Virus record (IMG/VR): IMGVR_UViG_3300037424_000906
Span: 39,780-103,779 of that record
Direction: 5' to 3' (one strand)
DNA from: a virus
DNA: 64,000 nucleotides
Below are positions 1 through 8,427 of the stretch, piece after piece. Below the pieces are notes generated by a model. That model worked only from the letters and a program-made list of their open reading frames with translations, made no database searches and was not told where the DNA came from. The translations under genes were made by a program, and so were the position numbers. The stretch's first letter is position 1, and the number at the start of each line of letters is the position of its first letter.

Positions 1-2
1 CT

Positions 3-935
3 GAAGCCGCTTGGGACCTCAACAACCCCATCCTCCCCTTGGAGCGCTGCGAACAGATCATCGCCATGATCCCCGAGGTCCCAGGCAGCCAGTGCGTTGC
101 TAGCTACCTTCACGACCAGTTGCGCGAAGCCAGAGAGCAGCAGGCGCGTAACTCGATTGCCGCCCGGGAATGGAAACCTGGGCAGCCCCTCCCTGGGCGC
201 ATTGACCAAGGTCCAGAACGACAGCTCATCAGGTATCTGCGAACCGAACTCGTCAGGTACGGCCTGAACTTCGCTGTTGCCGGACAACAGCTTGACGGCG
301 GCAGCGTGGCACTCAACACTGCGCTGGTTGCCGGATCGGATGTGATCGCGCTCGCCGCGAAAATCCACGGTTGGTGCGAAAGCCACGGCTGGATTGACGG
401 ACCGGACCGGAAATGGCTTGCGGACCTGATCGACGAGGGACTGCGGTGCGGCATCTACCGTGCCGGCCTCTGGTACTACGAACCCGGCGGCAAGCGGAAG
501 TGGTCTGACCAAGGCTGGGAAGACGTGACCGCGCTGCTTCGCGAAACTGATGACGGCCCGGTCGTCATGTCGCACTCGGTCACCGACGGGTTCCCGAACC
601 TGGACATCGCCGAGTGGGACCCGGTCGTCGACGCCGGCTGGATGCCCGAGTGGGCTGCGGATGATGCTGGTCGGGCCGAATGGGATGAGATGTCCGGCGA
701 CGATCAAACCTCCTACCGCTACGAACACGCCAACAAGCAATGGGCCGAACTCTCCGACGACGATCAGTGGCGGCTTGGCATGGAAGGTCTGCGAGCAAAG
801 CGGCCGTGGGCGCGGATCGGCCCCGACACCCTGCGAGCGGAAACGTTCGGACCTGCGGTGACGGTGTACGACCTGCTGGCCCCGGACCGCGATCAGCGGG
901 TGCTGGCTGCGTGCGCCAGCGAAGAGCAGGAGTGA
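3..935 (+). CDS. Hypothetical phage protein, 5'-truncated
   Basis: Frame open from the window start; Trp/Asp-rich; GTGA coupling to the next gene. Confidence 0.75.
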   Translation, partial: EAAWDLNNPILPLERCEQIIAMIPEVPGSQCVASYLHDQLREAREQQARNSIAAREWKPGQPLPGRIDQGPERQLIRYLRTELVRYGLNFAVAGQQLDGGSVALNTALVAGSDVIALAAKIHGWCESHGWIDGPDRKWLADLIDEGLRCGIYRAGLWYYEPGGKRKWSDQGWEDVTALLRETDDGPVVMSHSVTDGFPNLDIAEWDPVVDAGWMPEWAADDAGRAEWDEMSGDDQTSYRYEHANKQWAELSDDDQWRLGMEGLRAKRPWARIGPDTLRAETFGPAVTVYDLLAPDRDQRVLAACASEEQE

Positions 936-1255
936 CGAGCGAGCAGCGGAAGGATCGCCCCTCTGTAGGGGAGGTCGCGTTCGTGTGCACCGACGATGGC
1001 CGACACCCGGAAGCCGCGCTCTTCCACCTCCACGAAGCGGACGGGCAGATCGTGGTGAAGGGCATGCCCAGGGGCGGGCCCGCTGTCGGCGGGCAGGATT
1101 CGCCGTTGGTGCAGTTCCTCGAATCCGGCAGGGTCGCATACAGGTGTCACCTCTGCGCAAGGCCGCGGTCGTGGGAGTTGACTCCGGAGGGCATGCGCGG
1201 CTGGTACGACGACTACGCGCAAACGGAGGAGCGGAAGGTTTATCTGTACTCGTAG
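932..1255 (+). CDS. Small Cys/His putative Zn-binding protein
   Basis: GTG overlaps previous stop, AGGAG SD; CTDDGRH and CHLC motifs. Confidence 0.6.
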   Translation: MTSEQRKDRPSVGEVAFVCTDDGRHPEAALFHLHEADGQIVVKGMPRGGPAVGGQDSPLVQFLESGRVAYRCHLCARPRSWELTPEGMRGWYDDYAQTEERKVYLYS

Positions 1256-1437
1256 CCGCGCCTTCCTTAACTACCGTTCAGTTCGGGTGCCAGAAAACGC
1301 GGGAAAACACGGGCTGAGACCAACTGCCCAGCCAGGTCGGCATGATGCTCGCCGAGCACCGCGACTACATGTTCCCCGACGCCGAACCTGATACGGTTTG
1401 ACTCAAGTCTTCGGGTACGAGAACCGTGCAACGCGTC

Positions 1438-1477
1438 AGCCCCGCCAGTCCTTCGGGATCGGCGGGGCTTCGTCGTG
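1438..1477 (+). terminator. Hairpin terminator
   Basis: AGCCCCGCC...GGCGGGGCT stem with TCGTCGTG tail; same 3' arm and tail recur at 2108-2125. Confidence 0.55.
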
Positions 1478-1609
1478 GGTGCCATGACCGTCCCGGCGGT
1501 AGGCAGCTACGATGATCACGCCAACCGCGCACGGCATCGTAGAGCTCGGGCAGGCTCCTCCGGAGATTCGTCTCTACAGGGAGCGGATTTTCCCTGTCCA
1601 GGAGTTCCG

Positions 1610-1777
1610 ATGCCGAGCCCTACCGGCCGTCTGGCCGATCCGCAGTGGCGACACGAGCGCGCCAAGCTTGCCGCTCAAGCCCGCACAACCCCCGATTACT
1701 ACATCGCACGGCTTGAAGAGGCCGCGTCAGACCTGACTGACGAGCAGCGCGGACGCCTTGCCGCACTCCTGCGGTAG
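1610..1777 (+). CDS. Small helical protein (paralog of 1869-2078)
   Basis: AGGAG SD; DP.W/FR..RA..AA..RT..DY/F.IA.LE...SDLT.E.R.RLAALL shared with the neighbour. Confidence 0.75.
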   Translation: MPSPTGRLADPQWRHERAKLAAQARTTPDYYIARLEEAASDLTDEQRGRLAALLR

Positions 1778-1868
1778 TCTCGTGGGTGCGGCAACCGTAC
1801 GGGTGGCGGAGTTCCCCCGTTGTAATCGCTCTCACCGGGGCGCGAATTCCGCACGCACGGAGAGCTTG

Positions 1869-2078
1869 ATGCCCCGCAATCCCGAATCGCCCGTACAGGG
1901 CGCCATCACAGACCCCGACTTCCGCCGACGTCGCGCGGTGCACGCAGCCAAGTCGCGGACCGGAGTCGACTTCCACATCGCACAACTCGAAGCGGTCGTG
2001 TCGGATCTGACAGCTGAACGGCGGGCGCGGCTGGCCGCACTGCTGTCGTCAGCCGAAGGCAACGCGAGTCGACACTGA
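1869..2078 (+). CDS. Small helical protein (paralog of 1610-1777)
   Basis: GGAGAG SD; aligns with the upstream ORF. Confidence 0.75.
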   Translation: MPRNPESPVQGAITDPDFRRRRAVHAAKSRTGVDFHIAQLEAVVSDLTAERRARLAALLSSAEGNASRH

Positions 2079-2083
2079 TCACT

Positions 2084-2125
2084 GAAGCCCTGTCGTTTCG
2101 TGAGGGACGGCGGGGCTTCGTCGTG
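2084..2125 (+). terminator. Hairpin terminator
   Basis: GAAGCCCTGTCGT...ACGGCGGGGCTTC stem after stop codon, GTCGTG tail. Confidence 0.6.
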
Positions 2126-2203
2126 CGCGCTGCCATGCGGGCAGTGCCGGGCGTTACAGTGGTCACGTGGATTGCGGCACCTTCCGTTGATCGCGGAAGG
2201 GCT

Positions 2204-2261
2204 GGGGGCTCGGATCGAAACCCACGCCGCTGGGTCTGGTTGAACCAGAGAGCCTCCACCA
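2204..2261 (+). ncRNA. Truncated tRNA-like element (acceptor stem plus T-like arm, ends ACCA)
   Basis: GGGGGCTC/GAGCCTCC stem followed by ACCA; TCTGG-TTGAA-CCAGA arm; no canonical D or anticodon arm. Confidence 0.45.
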
Positions 2262-2262
2262 A

Positions 2263-2332
2263 GGGGATAGCGCACGGTGCGCAGGCCGACCTGGCAAGGC
2301 GGCCCCGCTCGGTTCGACACCGAGTGTCTCCA
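2263..2332 (+). tRNA. tRNA-like element with 11-nt anticodon loop (no assignable anticodon)
   Basis: 7-bp acceptor GGGGATA/TGTCTCC; short D arm GCGCA-CGG-TGCGC; GGCCG/CGGCC stem; T arm CTCGG-TTCGACA-CCGAG. Confidence 0.6.
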
Positions 2333-2397
2333 CGCGAGGGGAACCGCCGTGATCGGGCGGGGGAAACCGAGCCGCTCAGGGCTGATCGCCTGGGCGC

Positions 2398-2470
2398 GGG
2401 AACGTAGCTCAGCGGAAAGAGCGCTCGGCACCCGCCGGGAGGACGGTGGTTCGAGCCCATCCGGATCCCA
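2398..2470 (+). tRNA. tRNA-like element with shortened anticodon loop and imperfect acceptor stem
   Basis: TAGCTCAGCGGAAAGAGC D arm; CTCGG-CACCCG-CCGGG; AGGAC variable loop; GGTGG-TTCGAGC-CCATC T arm; ends CCCA. Confidence 0.65.
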
Positions 2471-2481
2471 CGGTCTGCGAC

Positions 2482-2700
2482 GGAGCGTCGAGACGTCGGC
2501 GAGACCGGCAGATGCCGTATCCGCGAGGACGGTGGCGGCGGCCGGACGGCGCACCAGCCAACCGGCCGCCGATCAGCTCAGGACGGAGCCTGGGCGAGCA
2601 GGAACTGAGCCTGGACAGCGAGCAGCCCCCGCGGGTAGAGGCGAGGGCTGTTGTTGGTGGCGCCGGGCGTTACGCAGCGTCGGGCTCCGACAGCCGCTCC
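2482..2700 (+). ncRNA. About 220-nt rod-shaped structured RNA; Ms1/6S-like candidate
   Basis: Nested pairing GGAGCG/CGCTCC, GTCGG/CCGAC, GGCGCACCAGCCAAC/GTTGTTGGTGGCGCC with a central bubble and internal hairpin. Confidence 0.45.
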
Positions 2701-2846
2701 ACGGACTGAAGCCGCTCGACTCGAATGCTGTAGACGAGATCACCCTTGTCGTCACGGAAGTTGACGAACGCGCCGTCCTCGCAGTAGCCCTCCGCCTCAA
2801 CGGTGTCGGTGTCCCTGTTGATGTCACGGACGCGGAACTTGTACAT
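2670..2846 (-). CDS. 58-aa hypothetical protein (not in ORF track)
   Basis: AAAGGAG SD right after the terL stop; MYKFRVRDINRDTDTVEAEGYCEDG... Confidence 0.65.
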   Translation of the reverse strand: MYKFRVRDINRDTDTVEAEGYCEDGAFVNFRDDKGDLVYSIRVERLQSVERLSEPDAA

Positions 2847-2861
2847 GGTTGTGCTCCTTTG

Positions 2862-4298
2862 TTAGGTGGTGCGGATACTGGGGCGGGACTTCGGGTCGCG
2901 GTACTCGCAGAGATAGCGCATCGTGTCTGCGCCATGATCATTTTCCTTGACGGGCTCATCCTTGGTCTTGCCGCCATCCCGGATATCCCAGATGTAGGCG
3001 GGCAGCTCCTCGACCGTGCACGTCGGCTTCTTCGCATCCGCCAAGTCCTGATCGCGGCGAACCAGGGCGTTGCGCAGGAACACCAATCCTGGCTTGCCGT
3101 CCGCTCGCCTACGGAACCTGACCTGGGTGCGCTCGATGCCTTCCTTGACCTTCTTGCCCGCAGCCCGGGTCGGAAGGTTCAGCTCCTTCGCGAGCGTTGC
3201 CCGTCCCTCGGCATCGTGGTCACACACCACGGCCTTCGGCTTCGGCTCGGTCCAGATACGCCCCGACGAAGCGACATCACCGCGGCGCCCGACGTGGCTG
3301 GGGTCTGCCACCGAGACGCATGCCATGATGTCGGCCGCGTGCTGGTCAACGGTCTTGTGGGTGTGGTAGATCTCCCGGTACAGGACCAGCTGCCCGTCGG
3401 GGGTCTCCGCCCACATCTGGCAGCAGAACGGATTGACGAAGCCGAAGTCGACTGCCCAGAACCGAGGCCAGTTCTCGGGGATGTCCGCAACGGTCAGTTC
3501 CCGTCCGAGTTCGGCCTTCTTCTCGGCGGCGTTGGGGATGATGTCGTCCAGGTCAACCAGATGAATGCTCGGATCGAACTCGTCGTAGATGACACCCTCA
3601 GCGGCAGCCCACAGCCCATCGCGTAGTCGCAGCCGGCGCACGCCAGTGAGGGCTTCTAACTTCGACATGTAGTCGGCGCCGCGCTCGGTCAGGGACCCGT
3701 CGGTGTTGACGTAGGCGGGGTTGTCCCTGTGCGTGGAGTGCATCATCTTCATCGCACCGCGGTCGGCGCGGAGCTTCAGGAAATGCAGGGGCGCCCCGGG
3801 GTTGCAGGCGGCGACGATCTGCTTGTAGGTGGGGGCGTTCCCTCGCAGGCGTGTGATGAGGGTTTCGAGGGCCGTCTCCGTGATCTCGGTGGCCTCGTCA
3901 ATGGCTATTCGGTCGAATTCGGACGAAAGGAATTTTTCGGGACGATCGAGGCCCCCAACCAGGATCACCGACCCGTTGCTGTACTTGTACGCGGCGGGCG
4001 CGCGGGCGCTGCCCCCGAACCACGACACGATCCCGGCGCCGAGCGCTTCCAGGATGACGGCGCGCTCGAACGTCACCAGCGTCGTGCCGGTTAGGGAAGC
4101 GTGAGTCTGCCGCACCAGAAGCGACCGGACGCCGGGCACCATAAGGCACGTTATGTGCAATTTAAACAACATTGCGAGGCTCTTACCGGTTCCTGCCGCG
4201 CCAGCCAGGAGAACTTCCGCAGAACGATCCTTCATGAACTCCAGTGCCGCGCCGCGCGGTTCGTAGCGAACGACGACCCCGGTTCCGGTGCTGCTCAT
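2862..4298 (-). CDS. terL: Terminase large subunit (PBSX-like)
   Basis: Walker A GAAGTGKS, Walker B IAIDEA, ACNP coupling motif, nuclease AVDFGFVNP and DHGADTMRY. Confidence 0.95.
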   Translation of the reverse strand: MSSTGTGVVVRYEPRGAALEFMKDRSAEVLLAGAAGTGKSLAMLFKLHITCLMVPGVRSLLVRQTHASLTGTTLVTFERAVILEALGAGIVSWFGGSARAPAAYKYSNGSVILVGGLDRPEKFLSSEFDRIAIDEATEITETALETLITRLRGNAPTYKQIVAACNPGAPLHFLKLRADRGAMKMMHSTHRDNPAYVNTDGSLTERGADYMSKLEALTGVRRLRLRDGLWAAAEGVIYDEFDPSIHLVDLDDIIPNAAEKKAELGRELTVADIPENWPRFWAVDFGFVNPFCCQMWAETPDGQLVLYREIYHTHKTVDQHAADIMACVSVADPSHVGRRGDVASSGRIWTEPKPKAVVCDHDAEGRATLAKELNLPTRAAGKKVKEGIERTQVRFRRRADGKPGLVFLRNALVRRDQDLADAKKPTCTVEELPAYIWDIRDGGKTKDEPVKENDHGADTMRYLCEYRDPKSRPSIRTT

Positions 4299-4519
4299 CG
4301 CCGATCCCATCCCGGCGGGAACATCAGCTCATCCAGCGGCACACCTGACTGGGTGTTCTCGATGTCGATGGACATCATCTGATGGGCAGCTTCCTGGAGC
4401 AGGCAGAGGAAGACCTTCGCCTGCACGGAGGTGATACGCATCTGCCGCTGCATGACGTACTGGCTGAGGGCTGCGTACTCGCGGGCTAAGTCGGCGTCGA
4501 TCGGGTCTGGGCTGCTCAC
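4295..4519 (-). CDS. Hypothetical protein
   Basis: 4-nt overlaps on both sides within the leftward operon. Confidence 0.6.
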   Translation of the reverse strand: MSSPDPIDADLAREYAALSQYVMQRQMRITSVQAKVFLCLLQEAAHQMMSIDIENTQSGVPLDELMFPPGWDRR

Positions 4520-4947
4520 AGCTCTCCCGCGTAGGCGTTGAACGCGGCACGGAAGATGCCACGTATGGCCTGGCCGAGGGCTTCGTCTGCGCAGCGGTCA
4601 CACCCAGGTCCGGTGCAATCAACCTGCGGGATGTAGGGGTACACCATGCCGGGATGCCAGCGGCCGGCGAACGGCATCCACCCAGGGTGCCGCTCAGTCT
4701 CGATGCACCGTGCCCGGCGGCAGTAGCGGATGGTTGCGCGGCCGAACCCGTTGTAGTACGGCCCCCAGTCGTGGCCTTGGTCGCAGAGGGCGGCGAGCAC
4801 GGCGGCTTGCTGCTCGGCTTCATCGGCTGCTAGCAGGAGGGCTGCCGCGTGCTTGCGTGCCGCGTCGGGGCTGAAGCTGTCGGGTCCGTCTTCTGCTTCG
4901 CGGTCGCCGAGGTAGACGAGACCGCGATCTGCCCAGACGGCGCTCAC
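4516..4947 (-). CDS. Hypothetical protein, Cys/His putative Zn-binding
   Basis: CDQGHDW...CRRARC and CTGPGCDRC; coupled to neighbours. Confidence 0.65.
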   Translation of the reverse strand: MSAVWADRGLVYLGDREAEDGPDSFSPDAARKHAAALLLAADEAEQQAAVLAALCDQGHDWGPYYNGFGRATIRYCRRARCIETERHPGWMPFAGRWHPGMVYPYIPQVDCTGPGCDRCADEALGQAIRGIFRAAFNAYAGEL

Positions 4948-5309
4948 GCTGACCACGTCCGCCGGTAGATCCGGCCGCCTACGTACCTGTATTGGTAGCG
5001 GCCTTGGCCATCACGTACTCGTTCACGGCGAGGCGTTCGCCTGTGAAACAGGGTGGCACCAGCAGGATGAGGGAACTCGACATCCGCGCCGAAGTGGAGG
5101 GCCGCGTCTTCCGCCGCTAGCGGGATCACGATGAACGTGGGCGCCCTGCTGGTGGTGCACGTGCTGCCGTTGAACGGTCCGCCGACTATGAGAACGGGAA
5201 ACTGGCGGGCTCTCGGCTGCTTGCACATACCGTTGCAGCGGTTAGGCATGCCCTGCCTGTGGTCCTGGTGGCGTTGCCCGCCGTTCCTGCTACGCCGGAC
5301 GATGCTCAC
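4944..5309 (-). CDS. Hypothetical protein (GGPxxG motif family)
   Basis: LIVGGPFNG and C-terminal YRYVG typical of small actinophage proteins; coupled. Confidence 0.55.
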   Translation of the reverse strand: MSIVRRSRNGGQRHQDHRQGMPNRCNGMCKQPRARQFPVLIVGGPFNGSTCTTSRAPTFIVIPLAAEDAALHFGADVEFPHPAGATLFHRRTPRRERVRDGQGRYQYRYVGGRIYRRTWSA

Positions 5310-5743
5310 CTGCCCACCTCGATGCGGTAGCCGCGGGCGATGGTCTCCACGACCTGGCCCAGTAGATGCCATTGCAGGCTCAGGCTCGGGTCGAACATGC
5401 GCTCGCGGTTGTTGGTGAGTTGCTCGAACCGGTCGAGGAGTAGGCGGTGCGCAGCAACCATGGCAAGTGCGGCAGCTGGCCCATGGAGAGCGATGTGCTC
5501 GGCCTGATTGGGTCCGTGTCCGCCTTCGTCGTAGATGTGGATGTCGTGGCCGACGACGGTGGCGTGCGAGCAGGTGTCAGCGGCGCATTCGGCGGCGTCT
5601 TCGCATGGGTCGGTGGGGCAATGCTCGTCGCAGCGATGGTGGCCGACATGCCAGTTGCCGCTCGCTCCGGGGCTGATGGCTGCGCGTGCTACCTGCTCGA
5701 TGTGGTCAAGCTTGGCCCGCAGCGCGGCGATGAGGTCGCTCAC
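5306..5743 (-). CDS. DUF6221/Ead-Ea22-like protein, copy 1
   Basis: LIA.LRA.LD..E..A.AA..G.W...AEHIA.H.P...L..VAA.R.LL. Confidence 0.75.
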   Translation of the reverse strand: MSDLIAALRAKLDHIEQVARAAISPGASGNWHVGHHRCDEHCPTDPCEDAAECAADTCSHATVVGHDIHIYDEGGHGPNQAEHIALHGPAAALAMVAAHRLLLDRFEQLTNNRERMFDPSLSLQWHLLGQVVETIARGYRIEVGR

Positions 5744-6129
5744 ATCGGCACCTCGATGCCGTAGCCCTGGGCGAGCGCCGCGACCAGTTCATCGGTGCTG
5801 GGCATCCCCGATAAGGGCTCGATACCGTACTTGTCCCACTCAGCGTCCCACCCGTCGCACGACTTCACCCAGTCGAGGATCTTCCGGTCGGCTGCTACTC
5901 GCCCCAGCACCCGGGCCGGGTCGTGACGGGCGATGTGCTGGCGGATTTCGCCGTCGTACCAGCAGCCGTCGTGCGGTCCGCATGCGACCCGGCCGCCATA
6001 CGGGGTGGTGACGAATTCGCCGCGCTTGCCGCCGTCCTCCCAGGTGCCGCCATACGTCTCGGCTGTCGCCTCCGCAATCCGCTCATCCTCGTCGATCGCG
6101 GCCCGGAGCTTGGTGATGAGGTTGTTCAC
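5740..6129 (-). CDS. DUF6221-like protein, copy 2
   Basis: LRAAIDEDERIA...HIARHDPARVLGRVAADRKIL. Confidence 0.8.
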   Translation of the reverse strand: MNNLITKLRAAIDEDERIAEATAETYGGTWEDGGKRGEFVTTPYGGRVACGPHDGCWYDGEIRQHIARHDPARVLGRVAADRKILDWVKSCDGWDAEWDKYGIEPLSGMPSTDELVAALAQGYGIEVPM

Positions 6130-6635
6130 TGGGGTACCTCGATTTCATGGCTTTCGGCCAGCAGCACTAGCGTCAGGCACGGGGCCAGCGTGTAGCCGGG
6201 AACGAAACCTTCGGGTAGAGCACCGGCTTCACCGAATGCCGGGCTCCACGGAGTGGGGTCTTCGGGTCGGCAGGTGGGGCACACCCAGTTTTTGCCCTGG
6301 TCGTCGGCAGCGTGCGGCCACTCGACGTGATCCCACACGGGTGTGTGCAGCTTCAGGATTCCCACCTCGGCTGTCACCCGGAAGAAGGTGCGGGACGGGT
6401 TCTGGCGGGCGATGTGTTCGGCGTTCGCTCGCGGGCGTGGGAAACGAGACCCACTGAACAGGCGGGTGTTGGCTACCTGCTCCCCACGGGGGAACTCTTT
6501 CGTCGGGCAGCTGGGGGCGCAGACGATCTCGCGGCCGGGCTCTCCCTGAACCGTCCAGGCGCCAGCGGTGGCGGACAACGCCAACCGGCCTTCCTCGCTG
6601 ATCGCGTCCCGCAGCCGGGCGATCAGGTCATCCAT
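6126..6635 (-). CDS. DUF6221-like protein, copy 3
   Basis: LIARLRDAI...AEHIARQNPSR...LH...CPTC...PCLTLVLLA. Confidence 0.75.
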   Translation of the reverse strand: MDDLIARLRDAISEEGRLALSATAGAWTVQGEPGREIVCAPSCPTKEFPRGEQVANTRLFSGSRFPRPRANAEHIARQNPSRTFFRVTAEVGILKLHTPVWDHVEWPHAADDQGKNWVCPTCRPEDPTPWSPAFGEAGALPEGFVPGYTLAPCLTLVLLAESHEIEVPQ

Positions 6636-7092
6636 GCTCGGCCTCCGTGTCGTCGCGTTCAGGGATGGGCTCAATGACTGGGCGCTCGCAGTCCTCGTCG
6701 ATGGCGATCGGGATGCCGAACAGATCGCGCAGACCAGATGACAGGCCGGCGGGGAAAGCGGCGTACCGCTTCAGCCAGGCGGGCGTTTCCGGGTCAACCT
6801 CCAACGTGCCAGCGCGCAGCGCGTCGAGGTCGGCGGTTGACATGCGGCACCGCATCGGCTTTTCCGGCGGCGGGTCGAGGCTGGCAACGAGATCGGCGAG
6901 CTGCCTGAGCGTGAACGGTTTCGGTGGTGGCAGCGGCGGCAGGTCCGTGGTGATACCGAGGTTCCTCAGCATGTCGTCTATGCCTGTCGCCAGTTCCTGC
7001 CCAAACAGCGGCGGCGGTTCCCACAGGAACGGCCTGATCAGTCTCGCGTTGACCAGATCCCGCACTGCGGTGAAATCGTCCTCGGCAGTCAC
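6628..7092 (-). CDS. Hypothetical protein
   Basis: GGAGG SD, GTG coupled; C-terminal LFGIPIAIDE. Confidence 0.65.
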   Translation of the reverse strand: MTAEDDFTAVRDLVNARLIRPFLWEPPPLFGQELATGIDDMLRNLGITTDLPPLPPPKPFTLRQLADLVASLDPPPEKPMRCRMSTADLDALRAGTLEVDPETPAWLKRYAAFPAGLSSGLRDLFGIPIAIDEDCERPVIEPIPERDDTEAEHG

Positions 7093-7448
7093 GGTGCCTC
7101 CAACCTGGGCGCGGTGGCGGTGTCGTCGATGACAATCGGGCAGCCGTACAACGCAGGCGAGCGCCCGCCCGCGTAGATGCGTAGGCGCTGCTGACGCTGA
7201 TGCAGCCACCTGACGAACGCACGCTGCTCGCTGGACATGACCACCCGCCAGTCGCCAGCAGGCCGGTTCGCGACTTGGGCGATGAACGCCAGCATGCCGG
7301 TCTCGAACTCCTCCTCGGCACGGATGCGGGCGAGGGCCTCACGGGCGTCGTCGTCGGTCACCACCTGCCCGTCGCCGATGATGGCGTCGTCCATCCGCTG
7401 CAGGTAGCCGCGCATGAACTGCACGTTGAAGTCTTCCTGGAGGGTCAC
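7089..7448 (-). CDS. Hypothetical protein
   Basis: Coupled; C-terminal LYGCPIVIDD. Confidence 0.65.
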   Translation of the reverse strand: MTLQEDFNVQFMRGYLQRMDDAIIGDGQVVTDDDAREALARIRAEEEFETGMLAFIAQVANRPAGDWRVVMSSEQRAFVRWLHQRQQRLRIYAGGRSPALYGCPIVIDDTATAPRLEAP

Positions 7449-8008
7449 TGCGGCTCACCGGAACCATCAGCGGCCGGGCCAGCCGGCGACCGGTTCGCGA
7501 AGTAAGGGGAACGCTGCAGGAACCCGGCATCCTCCTCGGGCTCGCTGCACATCCACTGAACAGCGGAGCTCACCACATGCTGCAGGATCGGCGCCCCGTA
7601 CGACTTCGGAACCGGCGGGGCTGCCGGGTAGACCCGGAACCGGTCTAGGTCAACAACGAACGTGCCCGTGACAGTTCGCTTCCGCATCCGTGGCGGCCGA
7701 CGCCGTGCGAGCCAGCCCATCCACCACCTGTCGCAGTACTGGCGCTTGGCGTGCTGCCACCAACTGTCCGGGGTCTCGAAGCCGTACGCGCGCGTGGTCT
7801 CGACCTGCTCGGGCGGCAGGTTCTGGGTCCACGCTTCAGTGCTGAGCGTGAGCAGCAGGTCATCGGCGAAGAAGCTGTTCATCGACGGGTTGGCTTCGAC
7901 GCGGAGCTGTTCAAGCATGTGCCCGCTGATGCGGTGGGTGGCGGCCAGTTTGCGCAGGTGAAGAGTGATGGTCCCGAAGCTGATGGGCGCGTTGAAGCCG
8001 GGGTTCAT
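7445..8008 (-). CDS. Hypothetical phage protein
   Basis: P.SWWQH.K...W motif common in phage ORFs; coupled. Confidence 0.65.
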   Translation of the reverse strand: MNPGFNAPISFGTITLHLRKLAATHRISGHMLEQLRVEANPSMNSFFADDLLLTLSTEAWTQNLPPEQVETTRAYGFETPDSWWQHAKRQYCDRWWMGWLARRRPPRMRKRTVTGTFVVDLDRFRVYPAAPPVPKSYGAPILQHVVSSAVQWMCSEPEEDAGFLQRSPYFANRSPAGPAADGSGEPQ

Positions 8009-8427
8009 GCCGGGCCGTCCTTGTCGGCGAGGCGGTCGAAGACCAACACGTCTGCCTGGAAGTAAGTGCCGACCCGCCGGTACCGGTACTCGCCTGCCGT
8101 GTCGAGCCATAGGGTCCCGTCGGGGCGCTTGTGGGGCATGTCCAACTGATCCCACAGGTCACCAGAAACGCCGATGCGGTTGTCAGCTTGCGAGACCGTG
8201 ATGGTGCCGTCGTCGGCCTGGCTCATGACGGCGCTGCCATACCTGGTGATCTCGGGGTATGTGTACGCGGAAGGCGCGCCGACCACCACGGTCACATCGG
8301 CAGGCGGGAGGAGTATGTCCTCTCCAGTGCGCGGGTTATGCCAGATGAAGCCCTGCCCGTACATGTCGATCGTGCGGACAAGGGTGCGCAGCTGCTCGAC
8401 GGTGAGACCGTCCAGGTTGTGGGTCAT
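8005..8427 (-). CDS. Hypothetical protein
   Basis: GAGGAG SD, coupled. Confidence 0.65.
   Translation of the reverse strand: MTHNLDGLTVEQLRTLVRTIDMYGQGFIWHNPRTGEDILLPPADVTVVVGAPSAYTYPEITRYGSAVMSQADDGTITVSQADNRIGVSGDLWDQLDMPHKRPDGTLWLDTAGEYRYRRVGTYFQADVLVFDRLADKDGPA

Noticed and set aside
2204-2470. Functional decoding tRNAs with assigned isotypes
   Set aside because: No unit has a canonical 7-nt anticodon loop with U33, so isotypes cannot be supported
2277-3626. 449-aa plus-strand ORF
   Set aside because: Antisense shadow of terL overlapping the RNA cluster; typical high-GC artefact
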